The notes: generated by a model not told the origin, from the sequence alone. DNA of 64,000 nt from Squalus acanthias (GCA_030390025.1 CM059432.1:78804001-78868000); one strand, 5' to 3'. Numbered from the stretch's first letter, positions 49,338-62,781 are shown. Translations and numbers: made by a program.

Positions 49338-49436
49338 AAATGAGAAGTCGCACAACACCAGGTTATAGTCCAACAGTTTTATTTGAAATTACGAGCTTTC
49401 GGAGCTCTGCTCCTTCGTCAGGTACAGTCCGCATCA
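49338..49436 (-). mobile_element. Penelope-type pseudo-LTR insertion carrying a hammerhead ribozyme; 12-bp TSD
   Basis: TTATTCTTTTAA at 49326-49337 and 49437-49448; body shared with 12599-12702. Confidence 0.82.
49390..49424 (-). ncRNA. Minimal type-I hammerhead ribozyme
   Basis: TAC-CTGACGA-A-GGAGC-AGA-GCTCC-GAAA-GC-TC-GTA: complete CUGANGA and GAAA cores, 5-bp stem II, 3-bp stem I, palindromic AGCT stem III. Confidence 0.8.
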
Positions 49437-49497
49437 TTATTCTTTTAACAATAATACAAAGAAAGTGTAATTTATTATAGTAACACAAGAAACCTGT

Positions 49498-49605
49498 TAT
49501 TATAGCATAAAAGTATTCATTAATACAGTAATTATAGCATAAAAGTTATTATTATTCATTAATACAATCATTATAGCATAAAAGTATTCATTAATACAGT
49601 AATAC
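49498..49605. repeat. AT-rich tandem repeat, about 3 copies of a roughly 31-bp unit
   Basis: attatagcataaaagtattcattaataca repeated. Confidence 0.85.
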
Positions 49606-50189
49606 TTGTGGCTCTTTGTCAGTACACTATTTATTTTTCTGGCCTTTACGTGCAGCAGGTTGGTCACCCCAGTTCTGTACTCTGATAGTGCAGATTATAA
49701 AGGATGTCAGACTGTTGCATGCGTCCCATGTGACTCAGACTCCAGTGATCGTGTACCAAGTAGCTCAAATTGCAATAAGGAATTTTATTATACTGAATGT
49801 CACAGAGTGATAGCATGCGTTATATTAAAGAGTGATATCATGTGGAAGCTCTGTTACCTGTTCAGAAGTTATCTACTGTTTTGAGCAGTTCTCTCAGTCG
49901 ATGTGTCTAACTTACCTGAAGTGATACACAAATGAATACCAATTCCTTCATCGCCAACTTCACTTCTTCCCCTCACAAATATTGGTTCAGCTGGTGGTTA
50001 AACAACTAAGAGCAGGAATTGCCACTGGCATATTAACCACACAGTGTTATATTTTATACTGGATGTAAAAAGTTATCATTTAAAAAAAAAAACTGGATTT
50101 AATTTGATAGTTAGAAAAGCTTCCAGTTTTAAAGAACTCCACTTCTAAGTGAAGCCAACACATTTAGAAATTTGATAGTGTATGTAATA

Positions 50190-51900
50190 GATAAATGTAC
50201 AGCAACTTACATTTATACAGCACTCCTCACATAAATCACATAAAAGAGTGTCTGAGCACTTTACAATGCAGAAAAGTGGACATTGAGCAGGAAGTAAAGT
50301 AATTTTAGAAAAGGGATAGACTGAAGGCATAGTTGAAGTAATGGGTCTTTAGAGGACATCTGAATGCAAAGCGATAGGTGAAAGAGCAAAGTGATTTTGA
50401 AAGAGAGTTCCAGAGGGCAAGGATGTAATGGCTGAAAGAACAGCATCTGATGGTGACATTCAGGGGCAAACAGTAATCCAGAGTCACAGGAGTAAAGGAT
50501 GGAAGCTGGGATGGAAGATAGAAGATTGCACAAGTATGGTTTGGTGAGGATACCTAGAGATTCAAAAACAAGGATAAGGATCTTGAAGTTAGTTCAAGAA
50601 AGAGCCAGTGGAGCTGGGCGACAATGAGGTGATAGGTATGTGGGATTTTGTACAGGAGAGGATTCAGGCCACAGAGTAGCAGATTAGCTAAAGTTTGTGA
50701 AGAGTGGAGGCTGACGAGGAGAATATTAGAGCCATTGATCCTTGAGGGTATGAAAGCATGGGTGAAGGTTTTGGTAGCAGAGGGCATGAGGTAGGATTGT
50801 AACTGGGCAGTGTTCCTGAGGTGGAAGAAGGAAGTATTGGTAATAGACTGGAAATGAGGTAGAAAATTCAGCTTAGTCAAACAGAAAACCAAGGTTTGAC
50901 ACCGCCAGGCTGAACCTGAGACAGCAGCCGGAGAGGTTAATGGAGTCAGTGGCAGAGACGTGTAGGTGTTGGTGACGGCCACAAAGAATAGCTTCAGTTT
51001 TGCCAACATTGATCTATTGGAAGTTACAATTTATTCAGGACTTAATGTCAGGCAGACAGGCAGATAGTAGAACAACAACCCTAAAGTCAGTGCTGGTGGA
51101 AAGGAGAGAGTAGGGTATCATCAACATACATGTGAAAGCTGAACCCATGTTTATGGATGATATCGCTGAGGGTAGTGTGTAGATGATGAATAGGAGAGGA
51201 CCAAGGAATGAGCTCTGAAATGTGCCAGAGGTGAGCATAGAGGAGGAACCATTTGAGGAAATGTCATAACTGTATGGGACAGTAGAAGCGGAATCATGAA
51301 GGAACAGTACCACGGGATTAGAGGAAAGGCAGTGGAGGAGAATGGAGCGCCTCATTAAGGCGAAGATGGCAAAAGTTTGAGCAGCACGAGGAAGGACAGT
51401 GAGCCACAATTGCAGTTACATAAGATCCTGAATCCCCACTATTCCAGCCCAGTTCCTGACTACCAGTGATGACTTTGACCAGGGTAGATTCTAGGCTGGT
51501 TGGAAATTAGGCAGTAATGGGAAAGGTAAGTGTGTACTTGGGTGGCAAAGGTGATTGCACGAGCCTTCAGTAGAAATTGAGCAGTAGTTTGTGAGGTTAG
51601 GACAAACTTTTTAAGGGGTGGGAGAATTAGGAATTTTAAAAGGGGTAGGGACTAGGAATAATGCCTGAGGTAAGTGAGCAGTGGATATGTGAACAAGCAC
51701 AAGAAGAAGAAAATGGATTGTCAGGAGCTGGGTTGGAAGGAGGTATAGGGAACAGATAGCACACTTCATAGAGGAAATGAGTCTCCTGTGGACTGAAGAG
51801 AGTATAAGTTTGGGGTTCGGTTGGGTTGAGAGAGGAGGCAGAGACAGCCAAACATTTGATTTCAATTTTGGAAGCAGAAGTCTTGACTGCCACACATTTT
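50190..51900 (-). mobile_element. L2 LINE remnant
   Basis: SFFHLRNTAQL...TFTHAFIPSRI and SFLGPLLFIIY; tail acaacttacatttatacagc. Confidence 0.82.
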
Positions 51901-52676
51901 TGTGTTGCTCCTGTAGTATATTGATTAGTGTTTTATTGTAAATTTATATTTTTTACAGATAAGCATTAATTTGGAAATATGTGTTTGATGCTTGAAATTG
52001 ACATATTAAAGTAATGATCAGTTGTATATTTCAGTTACAGAAAATGAAAAAGCTGTTTGTCAGTAGTTGGCACTGTTATCTAAAGCTCCTTGTGCAGTAT
52101 GAGTACAGTAAATGTTATTAGCATTGAGAACTGAGCAATTTCACATCCAAAACTTGTACTCTTGTTTCAATCAGTGTGCAGTGCACTTCCTTTTGACCAA
52201 CTCACTCCTGAATCTCAGTTTTCCAAACTTTGTTTGAGTCCAACTTTCTAAACCTAACTTGTTCATTCCCAACTTCCATTTCTCAAAATATTTAACAACA
52301 TTTGAAAAATAGCTTTGGTTGTCCTTGCCTTGCAGGATGATCTGGAGTGGTAGAAGGGTTTAGCTGAGCAGAAGGAGGCATGGTAGTGTTCAACATGGTT
52401 CAGTCAGATCTGATGTTGAGTGACTAGGCCAGTCATCTTCCCTTTGGACTTAAAGGAGTGATAGGGACTCCACCAGGGTAATGGCAGGGTTGGAAGATGG
52501 TGAGTGATTTGGTGGGAGTAAAGGCAGAGGCTAAGAGCTGGGGGAGGGGGGAACACTTTTTCCAGGAATAATTGGTGAAGTTGAAGGATGCCAGGGGGGT
52601 GGTGGTGGTGGTAAGGGAGACAGGGACGTGGACAGAGGTAACCTTATTAGTGATTGAGACCTTAAAGTGGCGATAT

Positions 52677-53373
52677 GGAATCATAGAATGGTTACAGCAC
52701 AGAAGGAGGCCATTTGGCCCATCGCACCCATGCCGGCTCTCTGCAAGAGCACTTCAGCTAGTCCCACTCCTCCACCCTTTCACTGTAGTCCTGCAATTTT
52801 TTTTCCCTTCAGCTACTTATCCAATTCCCTTTTGAAAGCCACGATTGAATCTGCCTCCACCACCCTTTCAGGCAGTGCATTCCAGATCATAACCACTCGC
52901 TGCGTAAAAAAGTTTTTCCTCATGTTGCCTTTGGTTCTTCTGCCAATCACCTTAAATCTGAGTCCTCTGGTTCTCGACCCTTCCGCCAATGGGAACAATT
53001 TCTCTCTATCTACTCTGTCCAGACCCCTCATGATTTTGAACACCTCTATCAAATCTTCTCTCAACCTTCTCTGCTCTAAGGAGAACAACCCCAGCTTCTC
53101 CAGTCTATCCACGTAACTGAAGTCCCTCATCCCTGGAACCATTCTTGTAAATCTTTTCTGCATCTTCTCTAAGGCCTTCACATCCTTCCTAAAGTAGTGT
53201 GCCCAGAATTGGACACAATACTCCAGTTGAAGCCGAACCAGTGTTTTATAAAGATTCATCATAATTGCCTTGCTTTTGTACTCTATGCCTCGATTTATGA
53301 AGCCCAGTATCCCGTATGCTTTTTTAACCGCTTTCTCAACCTGCCCTGCCACCTTCAACGATTTGCGCACATA
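52677..53373 (-). mobile_element. CR1 3' fragment inserted in an L2 remnant (L2 pieces at about 52330-52670 and 58090-58280)
   Basis: 185-aa ORF 52813-53370; tail gaatcatagaa. Confidence 0.9.
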
Positions 53374-53374
53374 T

Positions 53375-56300
53375 AGGCCAGCATTTATTGCCCATCCCTA
53401 ATTGCCCTTGAGAAGGTGGTGGTGAGCCGCCTCCTTGAACCGCTGCAGTCCATGTGGTGAAGGTACTCCCACAGTGCTGTTAGGTAGGGAGTTCCAAGAT
53501 TTTGACCCAGCGACGATGAAGGATCGGCGATATACTTCTAAATCAGGATGGTGTGTGATTTGGAGGGGAACTTGGAGGTGGTGGTGTTCCCATGCGCCTG
53601 CTGTCCTTGTCCTTCTAGGTGGAAGAGATCGCGGGTTTGGGAGGTGCTGCCAAAGAAGCCTTGGCGAGTTGCTGCAGTGCATCTTGTAGATGGTACACAC
53701 TGCAGCCAAGGTACGCCGGTGGTGGAGGGAGTGAATGTTTAAGGTGGTGGATGGGGTGCCAATCAAGCGGGCTGCTTTGTCCTGGATGGCGTCGAGCTTC
53801 TTGAGTCTTATTGGAGCTGCACTCATCCAGGCAAGTGGAGAGTATTCCATGACACTCCTTACTTGTGCCTTGTAGATGGTGGAAAGGCTTTGGGGAGTCA
53901 GGAGGTGAGACTCTTTGCAGAATACCCAGCCTCTGACCTGCTCTTGTTGCCACAGTATTTATGTGGCTGGTCCAGTTAAGTTTCTGGTCAATGGTGACCC
54001 CCAGGATGTTGATGGTGGGGGATTCGGTGATGGTAATGCCGTTGAATGTCAAGGGCCGGTGGTTAGACTCTCGCTTGTTGGAGATAAATGGGTATGATCT
54101 GATAGCCATTACAGAGACGTGGTTGCAAGGTGACCAAGGCGGGGAACTGAATATTCAGGGGTATTTGCCATTTCATAAGGATAGGTAGAAAGGAAAAGGA
54201 GGTGGTGTAGCTCTGTTAATAAGGGATGAGATCAGTGCAGTAATGAGAAATGATATTGGCCTAGAAGATCAAGACGTAGAATCAGTTTGGGTGGAGATAA
54301 GAAATAATAAGGGTAAAAAGTCACTGGTGAGAGTGGTCTACAGGCCTCCAAACAGTAGCCACACTGTAGGACAGAGAATAAATCAAGAAATAATAGAGGC
54401 TTGTAAGAAAGGTACAGCTATAATCATGGGAGATTTTAATCTTCATATTGATTGGACAAAGCAAATTGGCAAAGGTAGACTTGAGGAAGAGTTCTTAGAG
54501 TGTATACGGAATGGTTTCTTGGAACAATATGTTGTGGAACCAACCAGGGAGAAGACTATTTGAGATCTGGTAATGTGTAACGAGGTTGGATTAATTAATG
54601 ATCTCGAAGTGAAGGATCCTCTTGGGAAGAGTGATCAAAGCATGGTAGAATTTCAAATTCAGTTTGAGGGTGAGAAAGCTAGGTCTCAAACTAGTGTCCT
54701 GAACTTAAACAAAGGTAATTACAAAGGTATGAAGGCAGACTTGGTTAAAGTGGACTGGGAAAATATATTACAGGGTAAGACTAGAAAAGCAGTGGCAAAC
54801 ATTTAAGGAGATATTTCATAACTCTCAGCAAAGATATATTCCAGTGAGAAAGAAAGACTCTAAGAGAAGGATGAACCATCATAAAGAGAGAGAAGATAGA
54901 TTATGAGAGTAAGCTAGCAAGAAATATAAAACCAGACAGTAAGAGCTTCTACAGGTATATAAAAAGGAAGAGAGTAGCTAAAGTAAACATTGGTCCCCTG
55001 GAGGATGAGTCTGGGGAATTAATAATGGGGAACAGGGAAATGGCGGAGACCTTGAACAAATATTTTGTATCGGTCTTCACGGTAGAAGACACTAAAAACA
55101 TCCCAATAATGGATAATCAAGGGGCTATTGGGGTGGGGGGGGGGGGAGAAACTTAAAACAATCACTATCACTAGAGAGAAATTACTAGGCAAACTAATGG
55201 GACTAAAGGGGGACAAGTCCCCTGGACCCGATGACCTGCATCCTAGAGTCTTAAAAGAGGTGGCTGCAGAGATAGTGGATGCATTGGTTGTAATCTACCA
55301 AAATTCCCTGGATTCTGGAGAGGTCCCAGCGGACTGGAAAACCGCAAATGTAACGCCCCTATTTAAGAAAGGAGGGAGACAGAAAGCAGGCAACTATCGA
55401 CCAGTTGGCCTAACATCTGTCATTGGGAAAATGCTGGAGTCCATCATTAAGGAAGTAGTAGCAGGACATTTAGAAAATCATAATATAGTCAAGCAGAGTC
55501 AGCATGGTTTTATGGAAGGGAAATCATGTTTGACAAATTTGCTGGAGTTCTTTGAGGATGTAATGAGCAGGGTGCACAAAGGGGAACCAGTAGATGTCGT
55601 GTATTTGGATTTCCAGAAGGCATTCGATAAGGTGCCACATAAAAGGTTACTACATAAGATAAGAGCTCACGGGGTTGGGGGTAATATATTAGCATGGATA
55701 GAGGTTTGGCTAACTAACAGAAAACAGAGAGTCGGGATAAATGGGTCATTTTCAGGTTGGCAAACTGTAACTTGTGTGGTGCCGCAGGGATCGGTGCTGG
55801 GGCCTCAACTATTTACAATCTATATTAATGACTTGGATGAAGGGACTGAGTGTAATGTAGCCAAATTTGCTGATGATACAAAGATAGGTGGGAAAGCAAA
55901 TTGTGTGGAGGACGCAAAGAATCTCCAAAGGGATATAGACAGGCTAAGTGAGTGGGCAAAAATCTGGCAGATGGAGTTTAATGTGGGAAAATGCGAGGTT
56001 ATCCACTTTGGTAAGAAAAATAAAAAAGCAAATTATTATTTAAATGGGGAGAGATTACAAAATGCTGAGGTACCAAGGGATCTGGGGGTCCTTGTACATG
56101 AATCACAAAAAGTTAGCATGCAGGTACAGCAAGTAATTAGGAAGGTAAATGGAGTGTTGTCCTTCATTGCAAAGGGAATGGAGTATAAAAGTAGGGAAGT
56201 CCTGTTACAACTGTACAGGGCGTTGGTGAGACCACACCTGGAGTACTGCGTACAGTTTTGATCTCCTTATTTAAGGAAGAATATACTTGCATTAGAGGCA

Positions 56301-58085
56301 GTTCACAGAAGGTTCACAAGGTTGATTCCGGAGATGAAGGGGTTATCTTCTGAAGAAAGGTTGAGCACGTTGGGCCTATACTCATTGGAGTTTAGAAGAA
56401 TGAGAGGGGATATTATTGAAACATATAAGATTCTGAAGGGGCTTGACAGGGTAGATGCAGAGAGGATGTTTCCCCTCGTGGGGGAATCTAGAACTAGGGG
56501 GCTTAATTTCAGAATAAGGGGGCACCCTTTTAAATTGGAAATGAAGAGGAATTTCTTCTCTGAGAGGGTCATGAATCTTTGGAATTCTCTACCCCAGAGA
56601 GCTGTGGAGGCTGGGTCATTGAATATATTTAAGGTGGAGATAGACAGATTTTGAACAATAAGAGAGTCAAGGGTTATGGGGAGCGGGCAGGGAAGTGGAG
56701 TTGAGGCCCAGATCAGATCAGCCATGACCTTATTGAATGGCGGAGCAGGCTCGAGGGGCCAAATTACCTACTCTGCTCCTACGTCTTATGTTTTCATGTC
56801 ATTGCCTGGTACTTGTGTGGTGTGAATGTTACCTGCCACTTATCAGCCCAAGCCTGAACATCGTCCAGGTCTTGCTGCATTCAGTCATGGACTGCTTCAT
56901 TATCTGAGGAGTTGTGAATGGCGCTGAACACTGTGCAGTCATCAGCAAACATCCCCATTTCTGACCTCATGTTGGAGGGAAGGTCATTGATGAAGCAGCT
57001 GAAGATGGTTGGGCCTAGGACACTGCCCTGAGGAACTCCTGCAGCGATGTCCTGGGGCTGTGATGATTGACCTTCAACCACCACAACCATCTTCCTTTGT
57101 GCTAGGTATGACTCCAGCCAGTGGAGAGTTTTCCCCCCGATTCCCATTGACTTCGGTTTTACTAGGGCTCCTTGATGCCACACTCAGTCAAATGCTGCCT
57201 TGATGTCAAGGGCAGTCACTCTCACATCACCTCTGGAATTCAGCTCTTTTGTCCATGTTTGGACCAAGGCTGTAATGAGGTCTGGAGCTGAGTGGTCCTG
57301 GCAGAACCCAAACTGGGCATCAGTGAGCAGGTTATTGGTGAGTAAGTGCTGCTTGATAGCACTGTTGATGACACCTTCCATCACTTTGCTGATGATTGAG
57401 AGTAGACTGATGGGGCGGTAATTGGCTGGATTGGATTTGTCCTGCTTTTTTTGGACAGGACATACCTGGGCAGTTTTCCACATTGTCGGATAGATGCCAG
57501 TGTTGTAGCTGTACTGGAACAGCTTGGCTAGAGGCGCGGCTAGTTCTGGAGCACAAGTCTTCAGCACGATAGCCAGGATGTTGTCGGGGCCCATAGCCTT
57601 TGCTGTATGCAGTGCACTCAGCCGTTTCTTGATACCACGTGGAATGAATCGAATTGGCTGAAGACTGGCTTCTGTGATGGTGGGGACCTCAGGAGGAGGC
57701 CGATATGGATCATCCACTTGGCACTTCTGGCTGAAGATGGTTGCAAACGCTTCAGCTTTGTCTTTTGCACTCATATGCTGGGCTCCACCATCATTAAGGA
57801 TGGAGATATTCATGGAGCCTCCTCCTCCCATTAGTTGTTTAATGGTCCACCACCATACGCAACCGGATGTGGCAGGACTGCAGAGCTTTGATCTGATCCG
57901 TTGGTTGTGGGATCGCTTAGCCCTGTCTATAGCATGCTGCTTCCACTTTTTAGCATGCATGTAGTCCTGTGTTGCAGCTTCCCCAGGTTGGCACCTTATT
58001 TTTAGGTACGCCTGGTGCTGCTCCTGGTATGCTCTTCTACACTCCTTATTGAACCTGGGTTGGTCCCCTGGCTTGATGGTAATAT
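53375..58085 (-). mobile_element. CR1/L2-group LINE family 2, long copy, interrupted by a CR1
   Basis: ORFs 57184-58101 (KAMGPDNI, NYRPISLLS, ALDIKAAFD), 56881-57183 (GVPQGSVLGP, FADD) and 53398-53850; rejoins across 54081-56798. Confidence 0.92.
54081..56798 (+). mobile_element. CR1 LINE with APE endonuclease and RT ORF2 remnants
   Basis: YDLIAITETWL, VVYRPP, IMGDFN, SDQ; 377-aa RT ORF 55128-56261; CR1 tail. Confidence 0.95.
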
Positions 58086-58365
58086 TGTATCGAGTGGCCA
58101 TGTATATAGGTGGGAGAGTTCATGTGAAGGATGAGACAGAGTGAAGACAGGAGGGCAGTGAAGTTGGAGGAGAGGGGACTAGGTGTAGGTTGAAATCAGT
58201 GGGCATGAGTCGCAGCTCGTGCACAGACTAAGGGAGGAGGAGATCTTGGTGAGGATTTCGAAGTGGGGCATTGGAAAGAGGTTCATTTTAATAATTTTCT
58301 TTCTTTCAAAGAGAGTTTCTTCAAATTGTCATTCCTACATCATGGATGGTGTTCTCTTGTTGCAG

Positions 58366-58462
58366 CCCCATGGCCTTTCTGTGGTTCTGACCTCACCTGC
58401 AGTCTTCACTTTCACCGGCTCTATGTGTCCTGAACGCCACTTGGAAGCGGCTGAGATACTGG
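58366..58462 (+). CDS. ADHFE1: ADHFE1 coding exon 12 ([32 protein letters not shown])
   Basis: cag|...|gtagg, 97 nt; PHG motif. Confidence 0.97.
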
Positions 58463-59274
58463 GTAGGAGACCGATTCCTCACAGACATCAGAATGAGAGT
58501 TTGAAAGTGAATTTGTGAATTTATATGTCAAACCCTTTATTTTCTTCCAAAACTGTCTTTTGGTTAAGCCCTTACAAAGACATTCTTATGGAAATCAAAC
58601 AAATAAAGTTGCCGACTGACCTGAACTGTCATTAAATGAGACACCATTTGATTCTTTTGTCATTATGTTTGTTCATTAACTGATCTCAGTGACTAACTGA
58701 ATAAATTACATGTATTTAGTCTGCTTTTATATTTCAGCAGAGTTAGATGAAAAAATCCATCTGTACAACAACACTCACTGATTATCTTTCTGGTATGTAT
58801 GTACCAGTAAATTTACAGTTAGTGAGTAACATGAAAAATCTTTGTTTTGGAATTAAAGCACACCAGAAAATATTGTTAAAATTAATATTAAAATTTGATT
58901 AGCAGTAGTCCTTTTGAAGACTTGTACAGCCTGCAGTTAAAATTTGATCCAACATAATGAGAAAAGCATCAAATGGTGTCTCACTTAAAATACATTGCCA
59001 TTTAATGACAGCTCTGGTCAGGTGACAATTTTATTTGTTTGATATCCCAAAAAAAGTTCTATTTAAAGACATATCCAAAAAATAGAAAAAAAACTAAAGG
59101 TTTGTTGAAGTAGTAATTGAATTCATTTTACTTGTATGTGTGGCTGTTTTTGATGTATTTTACATATATTAGAGTCAGGTATAGAGGATAGTAAAACGAA
59201 GCACTGTACTGTGACTACTCAGTGCGACTTCCTTCCTATCTGATACTACAGACTGGGCTCTGTGTCTCTTTCAG

Positions 59275-59432
59275 GGACTGATGTGCAGACTGTGAAACGT
59301 GAAGATGCAGGAATGGTTCTGGCCGATACTCTTCGGAAACTCCTGTTTGAGTTGAATGTTGAAGATGGTCTGAGTGCAGTTGGTTACAGTAAAGAAGATA
59401 TTCCAGCTCTAGTCAAAGGAACTCTGCCTCAG
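59275..59432 (+). CDS. ADHFE1: ADHFE1 coding exon 13 (GTDVQTVKREDAG...VKGTLPQ); final exon outside the window
   Basis: cag|...|gtgtgt, 158 nt; cumulative CDS of 1311 nt is in frame. Confidence 0.96.
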
Positions 59433-59859
59433 GTGTGTAGAAGCCTAAAGCACAGCTCCAGTAAGGAGAGTTTACTTTTGAGTTTTACAGAATTATTACA
59501 AAACAAAATGAGTTAAACTAAAAACAAGAACAAAGGTAAATAAACTGAAAAGTGGAATGTTTCCATGGCAAACTAATGTCCATGTTAGTCATGTGAGGAA
59601 AATTGAGTGTTGCGGTAATGCTTTCTTTGCTACAATATTAAATAGTCGACTATTGGACTAAAAATTTATTTATGTGGGAAAAGTTGTACTTTGGCACTGC
59701 GGAGCAGGGGATGAAAGATGGGTGGACCACAAGATAGAATGGTAATACTGGGAGAGTCTATTTTGCCTTTTTGCAGTCATAACCAGCAGTCCAAAATCGT
59801 ATGTTGCCCCTCCCTGGTGCCAGAGTGAAGGGCATCTAGGAAGCAAGTTGAAAGCAGCC

Positions 59860-60406
59860 AAAAATTGTGGTTCCCTTTGGAACCAGTGATGTAGACAGAA
59901 GTAAGTTTGAGGTCTTGTGGAGGGAGTTTCAGGGGTTAGGTATTAGTTTGAGAAACAGGAACGTGGGGGGTAGTCATTCCCAGATTTCTTCCCATGCTGG
60001 ACAAATGAAGGAAAGGAAAATTGGGATGGTTACTGTGTGGCTGCAGGGCTGGTGCAAGAAAGGGACGGCCTTCATCTGAACCGAAACAACACCGATGTTC
60101 TTGTGGGACGGGTAAATCGAGCAGTGTGGAAGGATTTAAACTAATATGATAAGGGGTGGGGAAAGTCTACCTTTGAGACTAGAAAGGGAGAGCATTATTA
60201 ATAAAGCTATTGAATAATAGCAGAAGGCTTAACTGAAATAATTGGCAGAGACTCTGACCACAATTTTTCAATCCCCCTTAAACATGTAAATTGCACCAGG
60301 GGACCGGAGGGTAGCTGGCATACCACCTTTGTTCAAGAAGGGAGAGAAGGAAAAATCAGTTAACAATAGACCAGTTAGTCTAATGTCAGTTATCGGCAAA
60401 CTCTTA
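59860..60406 (+). mobile_element. Old CR1 fragments (ORF1 esterase-like piece and ORF2 piece)
   Basis: VVPFGTSDV...EVLWREFQGLG; FKKGEKEKSVNNRPVSL. Confidence 0.6.
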
Positions 60407-60814
60407 GGCCGCGATTTTAATTCAGCTGAGAGGGCAGGTTTGGAGGCGGGTCGGCAGCGAAAATCGGAAAAACTGTCGGCGGGATGCGAACCCGCCTCCA
60501 CGCTATTTTCGCAAGTGTCAGGTCAGCCGCTCCCGAACTGACCCGACACCAAACGGCGGGGAAGGCACTTAAGACAGTTAACAGCTTGTTAACTTCTAAT
60601 CCTATTTTAATAGGGGTTTCCGATTTTGGTGCATTTTGTCTGTATTTCCTGCCTTCCAAGAGACATGCCAGCTGCAATGAGTCGGGTTTCTTGAGGTCAT
60701 GAATTGTTGTCAGTTGCTGCAGCAGCTTAAAAGCGCTCCTGCAACATGGCTGACATTCAAATGCCACAACTTTGGTGTTTGATGTTTTGGCAAAGATTTT
60801 GCCACTCTACTGAA

Positions 60815-61446
60815 CTTTTTTTTTATTCGTTTATGGGATGTGGGCATCGCTGGCAAGGCCAGCATTTATTGCCCATCCCCAATTGCCCTGGAAAAGGTGG
60901 TGGTGAGCCACCTTCTTGAACGGCTGCAGTCCGTGTGGTGAAGGTACTCCCCCAGTGCTGTTAAGTAGGGAGTTCCAGGATTTTGACCCAGCGACGATGA
61001 AGGAACGGCGATATACATCTAAGACAGGATGGTGTGTGACTTAGAGGGGAACTTGGAGGTGGTGGTGTTCTCATGCGCCTGCTGCCCTTGTCCTTCCAGG
61101 TGGAAGAAGTCGCGGGTTTGGGAGGTGCTGCCGAAGAAGCCTTGGCGAGTTGCTGCAGTGCATCTTGTAGATGGTACACACTGCAGCCACGGTATGCCGG
61201 TGGTGGAGGGAGTGAATGTTTAAGGTGGTAGATGGGGTGCCAATCAAGCGGGCTGCTTTGTCCTGGATGGTGTCGAGCTTCTTGAGTGTTGTTGGAGCTG
61301 CACTCATCCAGGCAAGTGGAGAGCATTCCATCACACTCCTTACTTGTGCCTTGTAGATGGTAGAAAGACTTTGGGGAGTCAGGAGGTGAGACACTCGCCA
61401 TAGAATACCTAGCCTCTGACATGCTCTTGTTGCCACAGTATTTACT
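60815..61446 (-). mobile_element. CR1/L2-group LINE family 2 fragment inside Harbinger E
   Basis: YKAQVRSVMEC...; shared tail. Confidence 0.9.
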
Positions 61447-61559
61447 TGTGAGTGTTCAAGCTGACAGCCATCTGCAGTGTCACCTGTTTGGAATATCATC
61501 AGGCCACTTTGACTGTGTGCTTCAAGCTTCTTTCCTCAACTGAAATCTATAGCAACGGT

Positions 61560-62781
61560 ATGGGAACTATTTACACCCTCTCATCCTGATCGTCAGATTC
61601 TGAGGAAGAGCAGCCACGGCAGAAGCACAACCAGCCACAACAGCAGCACCAGCACCAGGAGCACCAACCTCCTCCTCACCCACCTGATGCTGCACAGGGC
61701 AGAGGGCCTCAGCGCAGGGCTGCACCTCGCCGCAGGATAAACCCCCAACACAGGGTTTACAGGCAGAGGATCAGCTTCCTCAGCATGACTGAGCAGCAGT
61801 GCCAAAGGAGGCTGAGACTTTCGAGAGATGTAGTCGCTGACATCTGCGCAATGCTGCACCAGCACCTGGAGCCCAGAGGAGTGGGTGGACACCCCTTACC
61901 AGTGGATGTCAAAGTCACCACCGCAATAAACTTCTTTGCTTCGAGCTCCTTCCAGGGATCAGCTGCAGACCAGCGGCATCTCCCAGTCAGCTGCATACAC
62001 TTGCATCACACAGGTTACCGATGCCCTCTTTGTAAAGTTGCACAATTACATCCACTTCTCCTCGGATGAAGCAAGTGCGACCGCGCGTGCGGTTGGCTTT
62101 GCAAATATGGCAGGCTTTCCAATGGTGCAGGGCGTCATAAACTGCACACATGTGGCTATTAGAGCTCCCTATCACAACCCAGCTGTATTTGTTAACCGCA
62201 AGGGCTTCCACTCCCTTAACGTCCAGCTGGTGTGTAACCACAGGAAGAACATTATGCATGTTTGCGCAAAGTACCCTGGCAGTTGCCATGACTTCTTCAT
62301 CCTGCGGCAGTCTACTGTGCCTCAGCTCTTCAATCCGCCAACCCGACTTTCCGGATGGCTACTTGGTGACAAGGGCTATCCCCTGAAAAAGTGGCTCATG
62401 ACACTGATGAGGAGGCCATCAAACGAGGCTGAGGAGCGGTACAATGTGAGCCACATTTCCACCAGAAGCATCATAGAGCAAACCATCGACTTACTAAAAA
62501 TGCAATTCCGATGCCTGGACAGATCTGGTGGAGCCCTGCAGTATGCACCAGCCAGGGTGTCCAGAATCATCGTGGTGTGCTGTGCCCTGCACAACATCGC
62601 ACAGCAGTGCGGCTTAGTGCTGCCGGATGACCAAGTGGCTCAGTGCACAGCCTCCTCGAAAGAAGAGGAGGAGGACGAGGAGCCACGCCTTGCGGTTCCG
62701 GATATGGCCAATGCAGCAGCACCCGACCACATTGCTGGCCGTCAGGCAAGGGATGCACTCATCCATGCCAGATTCGCGTAA
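61560..62781 (+). pseudogene. Harbinger DDE transposase (HARBI1-like), disrupted
   Basis: ATG at 61560, early TGA, frameshift near 61950-61970; 281-aa ORF with [24 protein letters not shown] and RSIIEQTI. Confidence 0.9.

Noticed and set aside
49498..49605. CRISPR-like repeat array
   Set aside because: It is an AT-rich tandem duplication without unique spacers, in a vertebrate intron.
61936..62781. Host HARBI1 gene
   Set aside because: It has a TIR, a partner ORF, an upstream stop and frameshift, a D-to-N catalytic change and several paralogous relics nearby, so it is a transposon copy.
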